A DNA stretch of 62,900 nt, the filler included, from Hausera hauseri (Eukaryota): NCBI GenBank assembly GCA_046269625.1. It is 12 parts of 12 records of this genome, joined end to end, with 100 filler letters (N's around TTAATTAATTAA, not from the genome) between each part and the next. Parts side by side here need not be neighbours in the genome. Positions count along the whole stretch, not along the records: positions 1 to 4,468 come from JBJURY010565450.1; positions 4,569 to 9,678 come from JBJURY010332270.1; positions 9,779 to 14,175 come from JBJURY010601666.1; 9 more parts are not named here. The stretch is one strand, 5' to 3'. The notes under the pieces were generated by a model. It saw only the letters and a program-made list of their open reading frames with translations, did not search any database and had not been told where the DNA came from. Position numbers and translations under genes: made by a program. Shown piece after piece: positions 1 through 11,300 of this stretch (position 1 is the first letter of the stretch; each line of letters opens with the position of its first letter).

Positions 1-609
1 TTTCCGGTACGTCTACTATTTGGTGCCCACTTCACATTCCCACAAGATCTGGTGAGCAACGAGGAAATAACTTCAATTCCTGCTCTCAACCAAGCCCGAA
101 AGCATTTCCTGTCAATAGACACGAATCCTGCATTCCACAACAATTACAAGAGACCAATAATGCCCAAGAACCTACGAGATGCGTCCTTTGTCTGGCTTAA
201 AAGCCAACAAAGACATGGTTTTGAACCGTACTATACTGGCCCCTACAAGCTCATTGAAATCAATGAGCGCAGCGCCAAAATAATACGCGACAACGACGAA
301 CATATAGTCCACTTGTCGAAAGTAAAACCAGCATTCGGCTATGATGATTGCGATACTGAAAATTTTATAGAACAAAACATACCAAACATGTCAGAGGCAG
401 ACAAGCTGCGACAGAACTATAAGAAAATTGATCCATTCAATATGGGCACACTAGTAGCCTATAACACAACCACAGTCCAAACTGAAACACACATTACCCC
501 AACGCCCATACTTCCGGAAACGGAACGTGCGATTATGCGCAACCAAACCCCTGCCGCACCGATATCGAGTCGCACCAAGAGTGCATCAAAGATACCTCGA
601 GTACAGTAA
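1..609 (+). CDS. Ty3/Gypsy pol C-terminus (integrase GPY/F region), 5'-partial
   Basis: PVRLLFG...FVWLK...FEPYYTGPYKLI...VHLSKVKPA is the Gypsy integrase GPY/F module; homologous to the pol ends in C6 (25692-25946) and C9 (40907-41530). Confidence 0.9.
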   Translation, partial: FPVRLLFGAHFTFPQDLVSNEEITSIPALNQARKHFLSIDTNPAFHNNYKRPIMPKNLRDASFVWLKSQQRHGFEPYYTGPYKLIEINERSAKIIRDNDEHIVHLSKVKPAFGYDDCDTENFIEQNIPNMSEADKLRQNYKKIDPFNMGTLVAYNTTTVQTETHITPTPILPETERAIMRNQTPAAPISSRTKSASKIPRVQ

Positions 610-666
610 AACCCTACAGGTTCGAAAGAAAGACTGCACGATTGCATGCAGCGTGAATGTCGAATT

Positions 667-722
667 AAAGCAGGTGGGGATCAAACCCACAGTGCCTCAT
701 CGACACTCGCTCATTCCGCTTT
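667..722 (-). ncRNA. tRNA-like (D-armless, mascRNA-like) structure, copy 1
   Basis: Minus strand: AAAGCGG-AATGAGCG-AGTGTC/GATGA/GGCACT-GTGGG/TTTGATC/CCCAC-CTGCTTT = 7-bp acceptor-like stem, hairpin, 5-bp T-stem with 7-nt T-loop. G-U pairs favour the minus strand. Confidence 0.5.
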
Positions 723-961
723 TAATAAGCGACGAGCACGCCACACACAACCAGGCAAAGCATTGAAACTTAACAAGTATTGCGTCAAAACACTAGGAGG
801 GTCATTCCACAACCGTTGTCCCACCACAAAGTTGCATTATGCACAACTCCTTTGAGGTTAAATTTCGTCGTTAAACTGTCGACACACAAAGCCCATCGAC
901 ACGGCCTACCTCGATACCATTCACTCAAATGTCTGGTTGCACATAGTGCAAACGCCGCACC

Positions 962-1018
962 AAAACGGGTGGGGATCAAACCCACAGCACCAAAATCGGC
1001 ACTCGCTCATGCCGTTTT
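962..1018 (-). ncRNA. tRNA-like (D-armless, mascRNA-like) structure, copy 2
   Basis: Minus strand: AAAACGG-CATGAGCG-AGTGCC/GATTTT/GGTGCT-GTGGG/TTTGATC/CCCAC-CCGTTTT; same fold as copy 1 with pairing-preserving substitutions. Confidence 0.5.
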
Positions 1019-1091
1019 TCTAAGTGGCGACGAGTACGCTACATGCAACAGAGGAGAGAACAAACAAATGCGAAAACTGTGGGGGTTAAAA

Positions 1092-1459
1092 TGAATATAC
1101 CATTTATTGAAGTATACGGACCGACAGGGTCGGATTTGACTTTTATTTAACCCAACGCAAATCAATTTAATTTGGCCCCGTTTTCTGTCAAGTTAAAAAA
1201 ACAAATTAAACCCATCACCGATTACTTTAATCGTAGAAAATTTCGTTTCGAATGGCAGCAGATCTGACTAAAATTATAAATAACAATAAAGGCCATATTT
1301 GCCTTTGAAGTCATGTAAACTGCCAAAGCATACTGGGATTAATTTCTGATTTTAGACATAATTTTTGTTTGATTTTTCATACTTAAAAATCCCAAAACTG
1401 ACAAACAAATTACAAAACGTTTTAAAAGTTGCAAAATAAACGACACCAATGTACATTCA
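1092..1459 (+). repeat. Putative 3' LTR of the C1 Gypsy element
   Basis: Follows PPT-like GGGGGTTAAAA (similar to GGGGGTTGA before the C9 LTR); termini TGAATATAC...GTACATTCA are an 8/9 inverted repeat with TG...CA. Confidence 0.5.
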
Positions 1460-3581
1460 CAAAATGACATACACATACAATAAAATTATAAAAATGGACC
1501 ATAGTAAACCGGTATATATCGAAATCTAAAACTACACTGAATTTTCAATAAATTGTTTTAGGACATATTATGTAACGCATGATAAAATGAAATATACCGC
1601 ATTGAAGTTTTTTCTTAAAATCAATTAGTGATTTTTTGGATTTCCAAAAAAGCAGCATAGAAAATCAGAAAAATAAAGTCGGGAAAAAAAATTTTTTTCA
1701 ATACACCAATTTATTTAATTGACCACAAAATTCCACATAAATAGCTATTTAGTTTTATTAAAATTTTTGATGACTTTCATGATGGAAAACGTTAAATCCC
1801 TTTTCTAGGAATATATAATTAAAAACATTACTTAAAAAATACAAATCAAACCTAGATATAGATGACAATAAGGATTTCCAGAATGTTGCAACAAAACTGC
1901 CTAACATCCGCAATACGGAATTCAATAATTCAATTTTTCACTGAACGACTTAACATCATCAATATACCCAAAACCACTGAAAGGAAAATTTTCCAATTTT
2001 CCAGCATCATCATTGGCAACTGAACTGACTTTCTCCGATTTCACGGGCGTTTCCTTTGATGGTTTCACCGACTTGCACTAAACTACATTAACAAAAATTC
2101 AAACAGAAAGAAAACACCATTTCACAATCGAAAAATAAAATAGTGATTATTAAAACAAACTTTAAAAAAAATAATTTTGCTTATGTTTGGTTCAATCCGT
2201 GATTTTAAATCTTTTAGATATTTTCAAACGACCTTTATTTGTTAGTGAACTAATTATGAGTTGTAAAGACTAGAAAATTTGTTAATTGATATAATTATGG
2301 TTAAACAGTTTTCACAGACAATTTTAAAAATGAAAAGTAATTAATTTTAATCATTAAATTATACTTAAAACTGTTATTTAGTAAATTCAATTTAACCCAC
2401 AATATTATTAATAATAACCACTCTTATAAATTTATCAAATCTTTATGCTGATCTGAATCAAAATTTCGTCTTATCTGAATGTTTGGTAAACCACATCTTG
2501 TTCGTTAAGCATCCTTAGTAGCAAATTAATTTTGTAAGTTATAGAACTTCTCTTTGCTAAGAAACTTATGATAATACTGTTTTAATACATGTCTTCGTTT
2601 GATTAATTAAATTTTCTACATTAATAAATAAAATTAGCTTTTTAATGCTGTTAAAAATATTTTACTATAACTTAAAATTTCCTTAATTTCAATGACGTTT
2701 TTGAGTTTTCGTATGCAGCTGTTTTTTCCCATGATTTCAATGCATGGATATAGTGAAAAAATTATTACATAAAATTTGGTTGGCGATAGTGTTTAGTTTA
2801 TTAATCAGGTTTTGTTTATAACGAAAATTTAAAAATAAAGTGCATTGTAAATATTGCATAACAAGACGTTCCACAGATGTAACTTGCGTTAATTAAATGT
2901 GAAATCAAATTCATGTAGGTTTATGAAAATCCTAAATTTCACTTTGTTGAAATAATTACCATTTTAGAAATGTTTTAAATGCATTGAATAAAATTAAATA
3001 ATGTGAATCAATTTCGACGGTCGCATAATTTTAAAGTTTAATAGGATATTTAAATTTTCTCGATGTCACGTTCTCTATAATAAAATTAAAATATCTGTAT
3101 AAATCCAATAAGTGATCAGAAAAGACATTAAATTGTTCAGAATAATATCGAGTAAGAATACGGATATTTTTTTCGCTCATTGTGCAAATATTAAAAAATT
3201 AAAATCTATTTTAATTTTTTATTTTTCAGGCGGGGGAGCCTTGTAAGGTTCCACCTTACAAAATATTAAATAAATATTTTTCTAAAAAATTTGTAAAAAT
3301 TAATTTCTAATTTACGTAACACATTATAAAATTTAAATCATAATCAAAAAATCCAAAATCACAAATTTAAAAATCTTTTTTCAAAATCTCTCAAAATAAC
3401 TTAAATTCACGGATTCATAAAACCCAAAAAATACAAATAATAAAATCATGAGTACAAGTGCTGAGGCGACCAGCACTTGTAACAAATAAAATAATCAAGA
3501 ACTGTGGATTAAAAACATTTGTTTAAATCCACAGTTTAAGGATTGACAGTTCTATTCAAAAAAAAAGAAACAAGAAACAAG

Positions 3582-4468
3582 ATGTCGAAAAATCAAAACA
3601 ACAAAAACGACAGAACCAACCAGATGCCACAAGATATACCACAAAAACAGATGCCAGAAACCTCCAAAAATTCAACTACGGAAGGGAAAAGGATCGTAGC
3701 GAAGCCCGGCGAGCCTCTGCCTCGCGCAGCCGTCAGGGAGACGACTCTGCCGGTGGGGTATCGTATCCCGAAGATACCCCGATCATCAAACACCGGTCAC
3801 ACTAACCGAACAGACGAACCTACCGTCTCCACCAAACCAACCCGGAGCGAAGACCGAAGCCGGATCGCACAGCGAGACGCCACCTCCCGCGGAAAACGTC
3901 GTTCCGACGCCCGCAGACGAACCCCGTGTCGGTCCTATTCGGACTTTCTGACGACACGGGAGTTGCTCGAACAAAGTCGATTTGTTCGGCACTTGACGCA
4001 ACTGGATCGGAACGATCCGTTCGCCTTAAACGCGGAAACGTTACACCGATTCTACAAAGATGGAGAAAATCGGCGTCTCTTTGATTCGTCGATTTTTCTC
4101 CCGGTGTTCTTCCGGCTGATGACGGCCACGGACCGTCTATACGAATCCCTGGTTCCGACGGAGAGTCGGCTGATACCCACCAAACGGGCCTCTTACCGAT
4201 CACGGGAAAGAGCAGCGAGCTCCCGTCCACGCGATGGTCCCACGTCACCCCATCGTCGCCGGTTGGAACCGGAAAGATCGGAACCGGCATCAACGGACTC
4301 AGGATCGGATGACATTCCGATATGTCCACGCCGGAAAACGAGGGTTAACGTGACCCTTTCCTCAACCGAGGATTCATACGCCTCGGCGGACGACTCAAAA
4401 GAACATAATAAATGTTATCTCAACTACTTTGTTGTTGTTCTTACGTTTTTTTCAGTCGTTTTATTCGA
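3582..4468 (+). CDS. Unknown Arg/Ser/Pro-rich protein, 3'-partial (possibly TE accessory ORF)
   Basis: About 295 open codons, GC-rich against an AT-rich background; mostly low complexity around a short helical core (SDFLTTRELLEQSRFVRHL...FFRLMTATDRLYESL). No family recognised. Confidence 0.45.
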
Positions 4469-4568
4469 NNNNNNNNNNNNNNNNNNNNNNNNNNNNNNNN
4501 NNNNNNNNNNNNTTAATTAATTAANNNNNNNNNNNNNNNNNNNNNNNNNNNNNNNNNNNNNNNNNNNN
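4469..4568. other. Artificial contig-joining spacer (first of 11)
   Basis: N44-TTAATTAATTAA-N44 gives stops in all six frames. Also at 9679-9778, 14176-14275, 18997-19096, 24893-24992, 30037-30136, 35051-35150, 39162-39261, 45370-45469, 52707-52806, 57330-57429. Adjacency across spacers has no biological meaning. Confidence 0.99.
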
Positions 4569-5318
4569 AAGAAAAACTGCTGTGATAAAGTTCAAACTAG
4601 AAGTTTTCTGTATAAACATCCACACAGACATTGCTTGTTGTTCACAAATTATTAAAACGTTTGATTAGTTTGCTGGCCTCTACAAAACATGAGATAAATA
4701 GAAAAAAATGTAGTAAAAAAAAGCTCAAGATTTACTAATTTAGTGTAATTAAAAAATAACTTCATAAACGAAGTGTTTAGGTTGTTTTTTCATCAGCTGG
4801 GTTCAGATCAGTCTCCATGTTAACGTTGATTCTGCTCTTTTTGCTGACGCAGCAGTAAAATCAGCTGTCTGTCTCCACAGTTCCAGACAGACATGTTCTC
4901 TGAAAATCCACAGGGAAGCAGAAGAGGAACTAGTGGTTGTGTTTTGGAGAAACAGATCACAGGTCACACAGCAGCATGGGTTATGAGGATTTGGGCTCTG
5001 TCCCAATCTCAGGATCCCAAATATCAAACTTCCCAAAAACCTATTACAAAGAGTAAATGAATAAAATTCGAATGATTTCAAATATCATATAATAATTCGG
5101 GTAATGCCTGGGCCCTCTGCAGGCCTCTGGAGTTTGCATGACATTGCAAAAATGTAAAATGATGTAGATTTTGATTTGAGATAAATAGCACTGCTTGTTA
5201 GAAAGGAACATTTGTAGACGTGAGAAATGACATGTAACCGTAAAATGACTGATCGATTTAGAGCAACCGATTTTCACTCTTGAACATGTTCTTTGGCAGA
5301 ATACATTGCAATGAGCAC

Positions 5319-5558
5319 TGGAAATCTCACTCGATCGTACTATCTCACTGAAAGTCCAAATAGTCATTTGATTCAACCCGTAATCACATAAACAAAAACG
5401 CTGAAGAAACAAAAACTGGAAAAGACTATAATACAAATATAAAGAATTTCTAGAGTTACATCTACACGTAAAATTTTTAAAAGTATAGTCACATGGTGGG
5501 GAAAGTCCTCCCACCGGTCCGCTAACCCCTCCAGTGTGACCACGCTCTAAGCACTATA
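5319..5558 (-). repeat. LTR copy (same family as C9 LTR 40509-40734)
   Basis: Colinear match to 40509-40734 (AAAGTCCAAATAGTCATT, AACAAAAACG, TAGAGTTA, CCGGTCC, ACCCCTCCAG, TAAGCACTA); starts TATAGTGC versus TGTAGTGC. Confidence 0.8.
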
Positions 5559-7137
5559 GTTGCAATACTCAGTTTTGTACGATCCTCATCAGCTATAATC
5601 AATTTCCCAGGTAATTTCTCATCTGTAACAGTGTTCCACAATAATTCTTTAATAAGAATAGGTAGATCTACGGTATCACTGCGCCTATCAAAAGTAAATT
5701 GTGATTGACAACTGATCTCGTCACCCAACATATAGAAATTATCTGAAGGGGAAAATGTAGTACGTTCACTAGCCATAATGGTGAGTTTTACATAAGCTGA
5801 TTCATCCCGTACTTCATCAGATGTTGCTATACATTTGTAAATTAGGGTGGCTTCAGTACGTTGATGTCGACTGATTTTAAATCTGACTCTCTTATCATCC
5901 AGTTTTGACCAATGTGGTTTCTCTCCTCGTTTACAATTTACAAAACTTACGATAAGTCTCCTCGATTTTGGTGCATAACATTCCATTATGAATCCATGTA
6001 AATGGCATTTACCTTCCCATGGAGAGTTCTTGTACAAAATATCGGCTTCTGATGACTCATCTTTCAATCGAACTTTTACGACTCGACTTCAACGAAATTC
6101 TGTATGAAATGGTTTACGGCACGAAATGTATGCTTTAATTTTAATTGGATGTGGTTCTGATTTTTTAAAATTATAATTAAAATTATGTAAATAATAATTG
6201 ACAAAATTCCCTGATGTAAACGCGATTAAAATTGTTGTACACAAGGAGCACAGACTCCATTTTACGTGTCCATAAGTACCTTCGACTTCTGACCCAACAT
6301 TAAATGAATAACAACTGGTATCCTTATAGGTCTCCATATCTCTATACAACGCTTGAAAAAATGCTTGATATTCACCTCGCACAAAACGACAAGAAACAGT
6401 ATTGCAACGACACGCAAGAAAACGCGAGAACAAATAATCACAAAAGTTGTTCAAAATTGTATTGAAAAAATAAATGCCGACCAATCTAAGTACAAACACC
6501 ATTATTATCCCATTTTGCTCGGTTTGTTCCGATCTGAAAACAGCGTAGAAGATTTCTGAATGGTCATACCTGGCCGTGGTACTTTCTTATACCATTGTTT
6601 AAGTTTGGGGTATGGCCAATTTTTCTTCCAAACGACAAACTTTAAATTTATTTGAATTAAAACGTACACTGTTGGGTGTACTACTTGTATTATTCCCTTC
6701 CTTGGAAACCTTTAATCGACAATGAGTGAGAACGGCCGGTTGTCAGGATTCGGTAGTGTAAAGAAAATCATCGACCTTGTTTAATATTTCCTTGCGGCGA
6801 CCAAGGTAGGCGAAAAACACACCATCCGTTATCACATAAGATAAATCTGCTTCTTTCAAAATTGTTATTAAAACTTTGGCAGCCTCAAAAAATCGATCAA
6901 TGAGTTGATGAAGCGAGGGGACATCAATTTGATTAAAAAAACAATCTATGATTTGGATTTCAGTGTTAAAATCGGAAAACTTACATCCACCTGTAAGCTT
7001 TCGATACCTGTTAAGAATTGCACAATATCCATCGATCCAGAGTAAATGATATTACAAACAAGAATTACAAAATGAGACAAAATCAAAATTAACTGAATAA
7101 CAAATTCCAAAATGGAGACAATAATTTCAAAATTCAA
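5559..7137 (-). pseudogene. Disrupted secreted/surface protein gene with Ig-like domain(s), truncated by LTR
   Basis: Hydrophobic N-terminus (6946-7137); ORF 5522-6067 shows Ig-like spacing (C...W...LIYKCIA...YVKLTI, then ISC...W); the region is broken into several frames. Confidence 0.35.
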
Positions 7138-9328
7138 AGCGTATTTATTTATCTTCTATTTTTGTTTACAAAATTTAAACAAATCCTGGCACACATGTCA
7201 ACAAGTATTGAAGATTTCGGCGACCGTGCATCATCCCCACATTGCAGCGTAAATTTCTATATTGGACAAAGAATAGATCGAATTACCGGTTTTGACAGAA
7301 TTCGTCGATAAACGCAGGATGGAATAGTTGAATTATTCGCAATTATGTACTGATGGATGTACAACAATTTTGCAACAGCGGGTATGATCAATGCTAGAAT
7401 GGCCAGCGACTTCATGGAATTGCGAATGATGTATCGATAGATAAAACGTAAATTGAACAATAATCGTAAAGGACATAAACATTACAGTACAAATAAAAAG
7501 TGAAATAACTGAACAATATGAACTTTCGAATTATTTAAAATTTTATGGTTACTATTTGAATTTAAAGCAGTGACAGTATCCTTAGAATCATCAGTATTAT
7601 AGTTCATTGGATCTTGACTATTTGTTGAAAACACTGATGAAATTAATCTCCGACGAAAAAATGTCAACGTTTCCCGAATTATTACCATTCACTAATACTG
7701 ATGTAATGACATCCTCAATTATCTAACGAAGCGATTTTGTCTTTTTTTGAGAAACGTTTAATACAAAAACTTTGATCATATTCGAAATGTCGTGATTATG
7801 GCACTCTTCCATTAGATCCATTCTAATGTTATTTTCAACTTTGACTATATTGTCGTATGCTTTAACCAATATTTCATGTTTATAGTTTATTTGTTATTAA
7901 CTATTTGTTTTAATCGTCGTCCCAGTTTGATTGCTCGAGAAAATAGATTCTTTATTTTCCATTAACTTGATTCGTGTAAAAGGAAGCTCTCCGTGGGAAT
8001 GTGTGATGTTCCATCATTTAACAATGGCTGAACATTATCTTCAAAATTCTTGATAGATATATCTGTCTGAATTGGACAGTTAACTAAATTTTCTTCGGTT
8101 GATTCTATAGAATCTACTGCATCACCAAAATGACTACTTTCCAGAACACTTGGAAGAGTGGAGAATTTCTTAATACTCTGAGACACTTTCGTCTTATCTC
8201 CAGCATTATGCGTACATGGTATGTGCTTTGAACAAATAAATAAATACTCTTCATGAAGCTCTTTGATTTAATGTAGAATCCAAATTTTTATATTTCCCTA
8301 CGATAGAATTTGTAAAATGTAAATATTTCCGCCAGTCTTTGTGTGACATGAATCTGATCGGCAACTTTTTTACATATGAATCAACGCAATTCATTTTTGC
8401 ATAATCTAAAAACATAGAAATCGCTTTTTCACGAATTTTTTTTATCTTCTGTTATAGTAACTTTGTCGATATTTACTGCATTTAGTGAAAGTGGAATTTC
8501 AACGGATTTGACGATTTTGTCTTTTAATTTTTTGCATTTTCTGTTGAATGTTCTTCAGCTTCTCAATATTCAATTCCAGGTGAACAGCTCTTTCTCAACA
8601 CCGCCAACAAATCATCTTTGTTTTTCGATACCATCAATAAACCACAATATATACATTCGAAAAGCATTTTCTTTTCATTGCACCGATAATCAAGAACATG
8701 GCTAGTAAATTTAAACGCATCAGTAGGCTAAAGAATGTTTGCCGGTGGCTCGGATATTCGACTGTTGGGCTTGATTTGACAATGGGGAATCCGTGAATAC
8801 TTGGCAATACGTACGAATATCGGATACAAAGAGTCGGAAGATCGGGCCCGACTATGGATACGACGCGGCGGCAACGGACGTCCGGTCGTGCTCAACCAAA
8901 TGTGCCAAAGGGCACCGGCCACTGTGGGCACCACAACTTGACTCAACTTAGCCAGGATTTGGTGAACCTCGGAAGTTAAATAGGAATCATAAAGAATGAA
9001 TTTGACAAAATCGCAGTAAAAATCCAATTCCGCTAAAGACATAAAAAGCCCAAATACCAAAATCTATTAGTATCTACACAAATTAGCAATATAATCATTA
9101 GCAAAAATTGTATAAAGTTCAATGTATCACTGTTAAAAAACAATATGGCTGTAGTTCTTAGTTTTTAACTATCATCGAGGTTTTTGTGTATCCTAGTACT
9201 ATATATATTTTTAAACACAACGGGGTAAACATGATGAATGTACAAAGATCGTCGGCAATTGTGCTACATTGAACACCCAATAGCGAATTTTTACAAGAAC
9301 TATTTACTGTATTTGTGAGGATACAATA

Positions 9329-9678
9329 ATGCGGCGGGGATTTTCCAATCCTCCCCAAGCTGGGCGACGATATGGACAATGTGGATGCGCACGCAGCCAA
9401 CATGGCGACTTACGCCACAGTGGACATCTTCGCGAATCAATTGTGCCCAACAAATTCAGGAAAGGAGACGACGTGGAGAGGTTCATTAAAGGATGTGAAA
9501 AATTCTTTAAATATATGAACATCCCGGCGGCGAAGCGAGAAATCATGGTTGAATGCCTCTTGGAGGAAGAAGCACTAGAAAGGTACGAGGCAGTAGATGC
9601 AAAAATAACTGGGTATCAAAAGAATTTACTGAAGGCATTCGCCCGATCCTCAACGCTATGCCAAGATCTTAAAGAAAT
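9329..9678 (+). CDS. LTR-retrotransposon Gag N-terminus, partial
   Basis: PBS-like TGGGCGACG at 9361 just after ...CCCCA; PNKFRKGDDVERFIKGCEKFF...LLEEEALERY...LLKAF resembles a Gypsy capsid N-terminus. Confidence 0.65.
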
Positions 9679-9958
9679 NNNNNNNNNNNNNNNNNNNNNN
9701 NNNNNNNNNNNNNNNNNNNNNNTTAATTAATTAANNNNNNNNNNNNNNNNNNNNNNNNNNNNNNNNNNNNNNNNNNNNTTTTTCAAACAATTTAGGCCAA
9801 TTTATTTCTCAAGGCAGCTTCCGACCGGCCTTTCTGGTTAAGCTAGTGACTTTATTAAGTTAGTTTTCTCGCATTAGGTTTGTTTTAATAGCCAAGTATA
9901 GTAATACTTTTCCTAACTATTCTATGGTATTTTCTACTATTATTATCTCAATCACCGT

Positions 9959-11300
9959 TTAGTCGATCAGAGTACTTTTAGACAATTTAAAACGAGATTT
10001 TTTCATTGTTCTAGCCGCATTATACATAATTTTCTTACTCTCATCTAGTACATCGCCACAGAAAGTAGAGTAATTTATTATATGAACTAATTTCGTCATA
10101 AATTTCGTCAGTTCTTCGTTATTCAAATCAAACGTAGGTATCGACATTTCTCTTAATTGTCATTACAATCAGTATATTCTGGTATTTTCCTTTGTCTTCC
10201 AACATGGCGTTTTTACTTTGCTGTAAGCTGCGTAACTTCGGTTGGTGGTACTAAGTTTTTATCATACTGTTCTTTATCTTCATCCGTTTGCAAGTATTCC
10301 AAATACTTTGCAGCATCTTGAACTTCCATGACTTGTCTTACGAACTGTTTTGTTCTGGCTTTATCTATATCTTCTTTTGCTTCTGCATTATCAATCGTAA
10401 CTATTATACGATTTGTTTCGTCTGGGATGATTCCAACATCTATTAAGCATTCGAGTTCATCTAATATTCTGCCTCTGAAATAGAGTCGATAATATAAGTC
10501 GCTGTTAGAATCATTATGTATTAGCCATTGTTTTACGCCTCTAACATATGGGCCGTTGTGTACTCGGATTCTTTTTCATCCATCCATTCAGATGACACTT
10601 TTACTTTTAACGTCACATCAGGTTTAGCCCTTAAGATTTTAGCATGTTTTATTAAGAGTTTTGGTACAGCACTCTAAGTTGTGCTTTCGTTAGATAACTT
10701 ATTTAAAGTAGAAATAAGTTGCTTTAATCTGTTTTCAGTGATACGTAAGTTAATTAGTTCAATTAAATCTCTCTCAGTTATCACTGGATCCAGAAGCATT
10801 TCCATACTGAATCTCCGATTCTGTGGGTAAATTCCAATTTCATAAAGGTATACAGGAGTTTTTGGATTTTCTTCGAATATTGCATCGAAATATGCATCCA
10901 ATTCTGGATCGTTCTCATATTCTAGAGGTCGTGCTGTTTGAAACCCGGTTTCATCATAGTAGATATGTTTTAGGTGGATTCAACAACTGGCATAGTTCAT
11001 CTGTTTGAATAAGTCCTTTGTCTTTATAAGTAGCTAATACTCTAGTTAATCCGCGTTGCCATTTTAGGGCAAAATCTGATTTATTGGCTATTTCTAATTC
11101 CGTAAAAGTGTACTCGTTTCAGTAGGTTTTTGGAGTATGAAGTATCTGGCCTTGTAATTTCCTTATTTTCTCATCATTGATTTAGGCTATTTCAGCCTTT
11201 TCTCAAAATTAGATTCCTCCAAAGTAATCTGGTAATCGTACATTATTTCTATCAGTTCATTTTGCCATTTTTGATCCAATCCTGGCATGCAATTTGATGG
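9959..11300 (-). pseudogene. Degenerate intronless coding region, unidentified
   Basis: Consecutive protein-like minus-strand segments (10674-10901; GPYVRGVKQWLIHNDSNSDLYYRLYFRGRILDELECLIDVG near 10430-10555; 9959-10147) joined by stops and frameshifts. Confidence 0.4.

Noticed and set aside
667-722. Canonical tRNA gene or HDV/hammerhead ribozyme
   Set aside because: No D-arm, no U33-type anticodon loop and no ribozyme catalytic core found; kept only as tRNA-like.
527-1094. Short ORFs over the Gypsy 3' UTR
   Set aside because: No recognisable motifs; by-products of the GC-rich repeated units.
1920-2120. Possible small two-exon minus-strand gene (M|CKSVKPSKETP...)
   Set aside because: About 50 codons with no recognisable homology; cannot be supported.
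4513-4524. Recurrent TTAATTAATTAA palindrome and ORFs ending in X-runs
   Set aside because: Artificial spacer; not a biological repeat or CRISPR array.
7150-8700. Fragmentary minus-strand coding-like region in C2
   Set aside because: Multiple stops and no family recognised.
9330-9357. 28-bp TG...CA hairpin before the PBS as a mini 5' LTR
   Set aside because: An ordinary ~575-bp LTR from TGGGGA (8783) to TCCCCA (9357) fits equally well; undecidable here.
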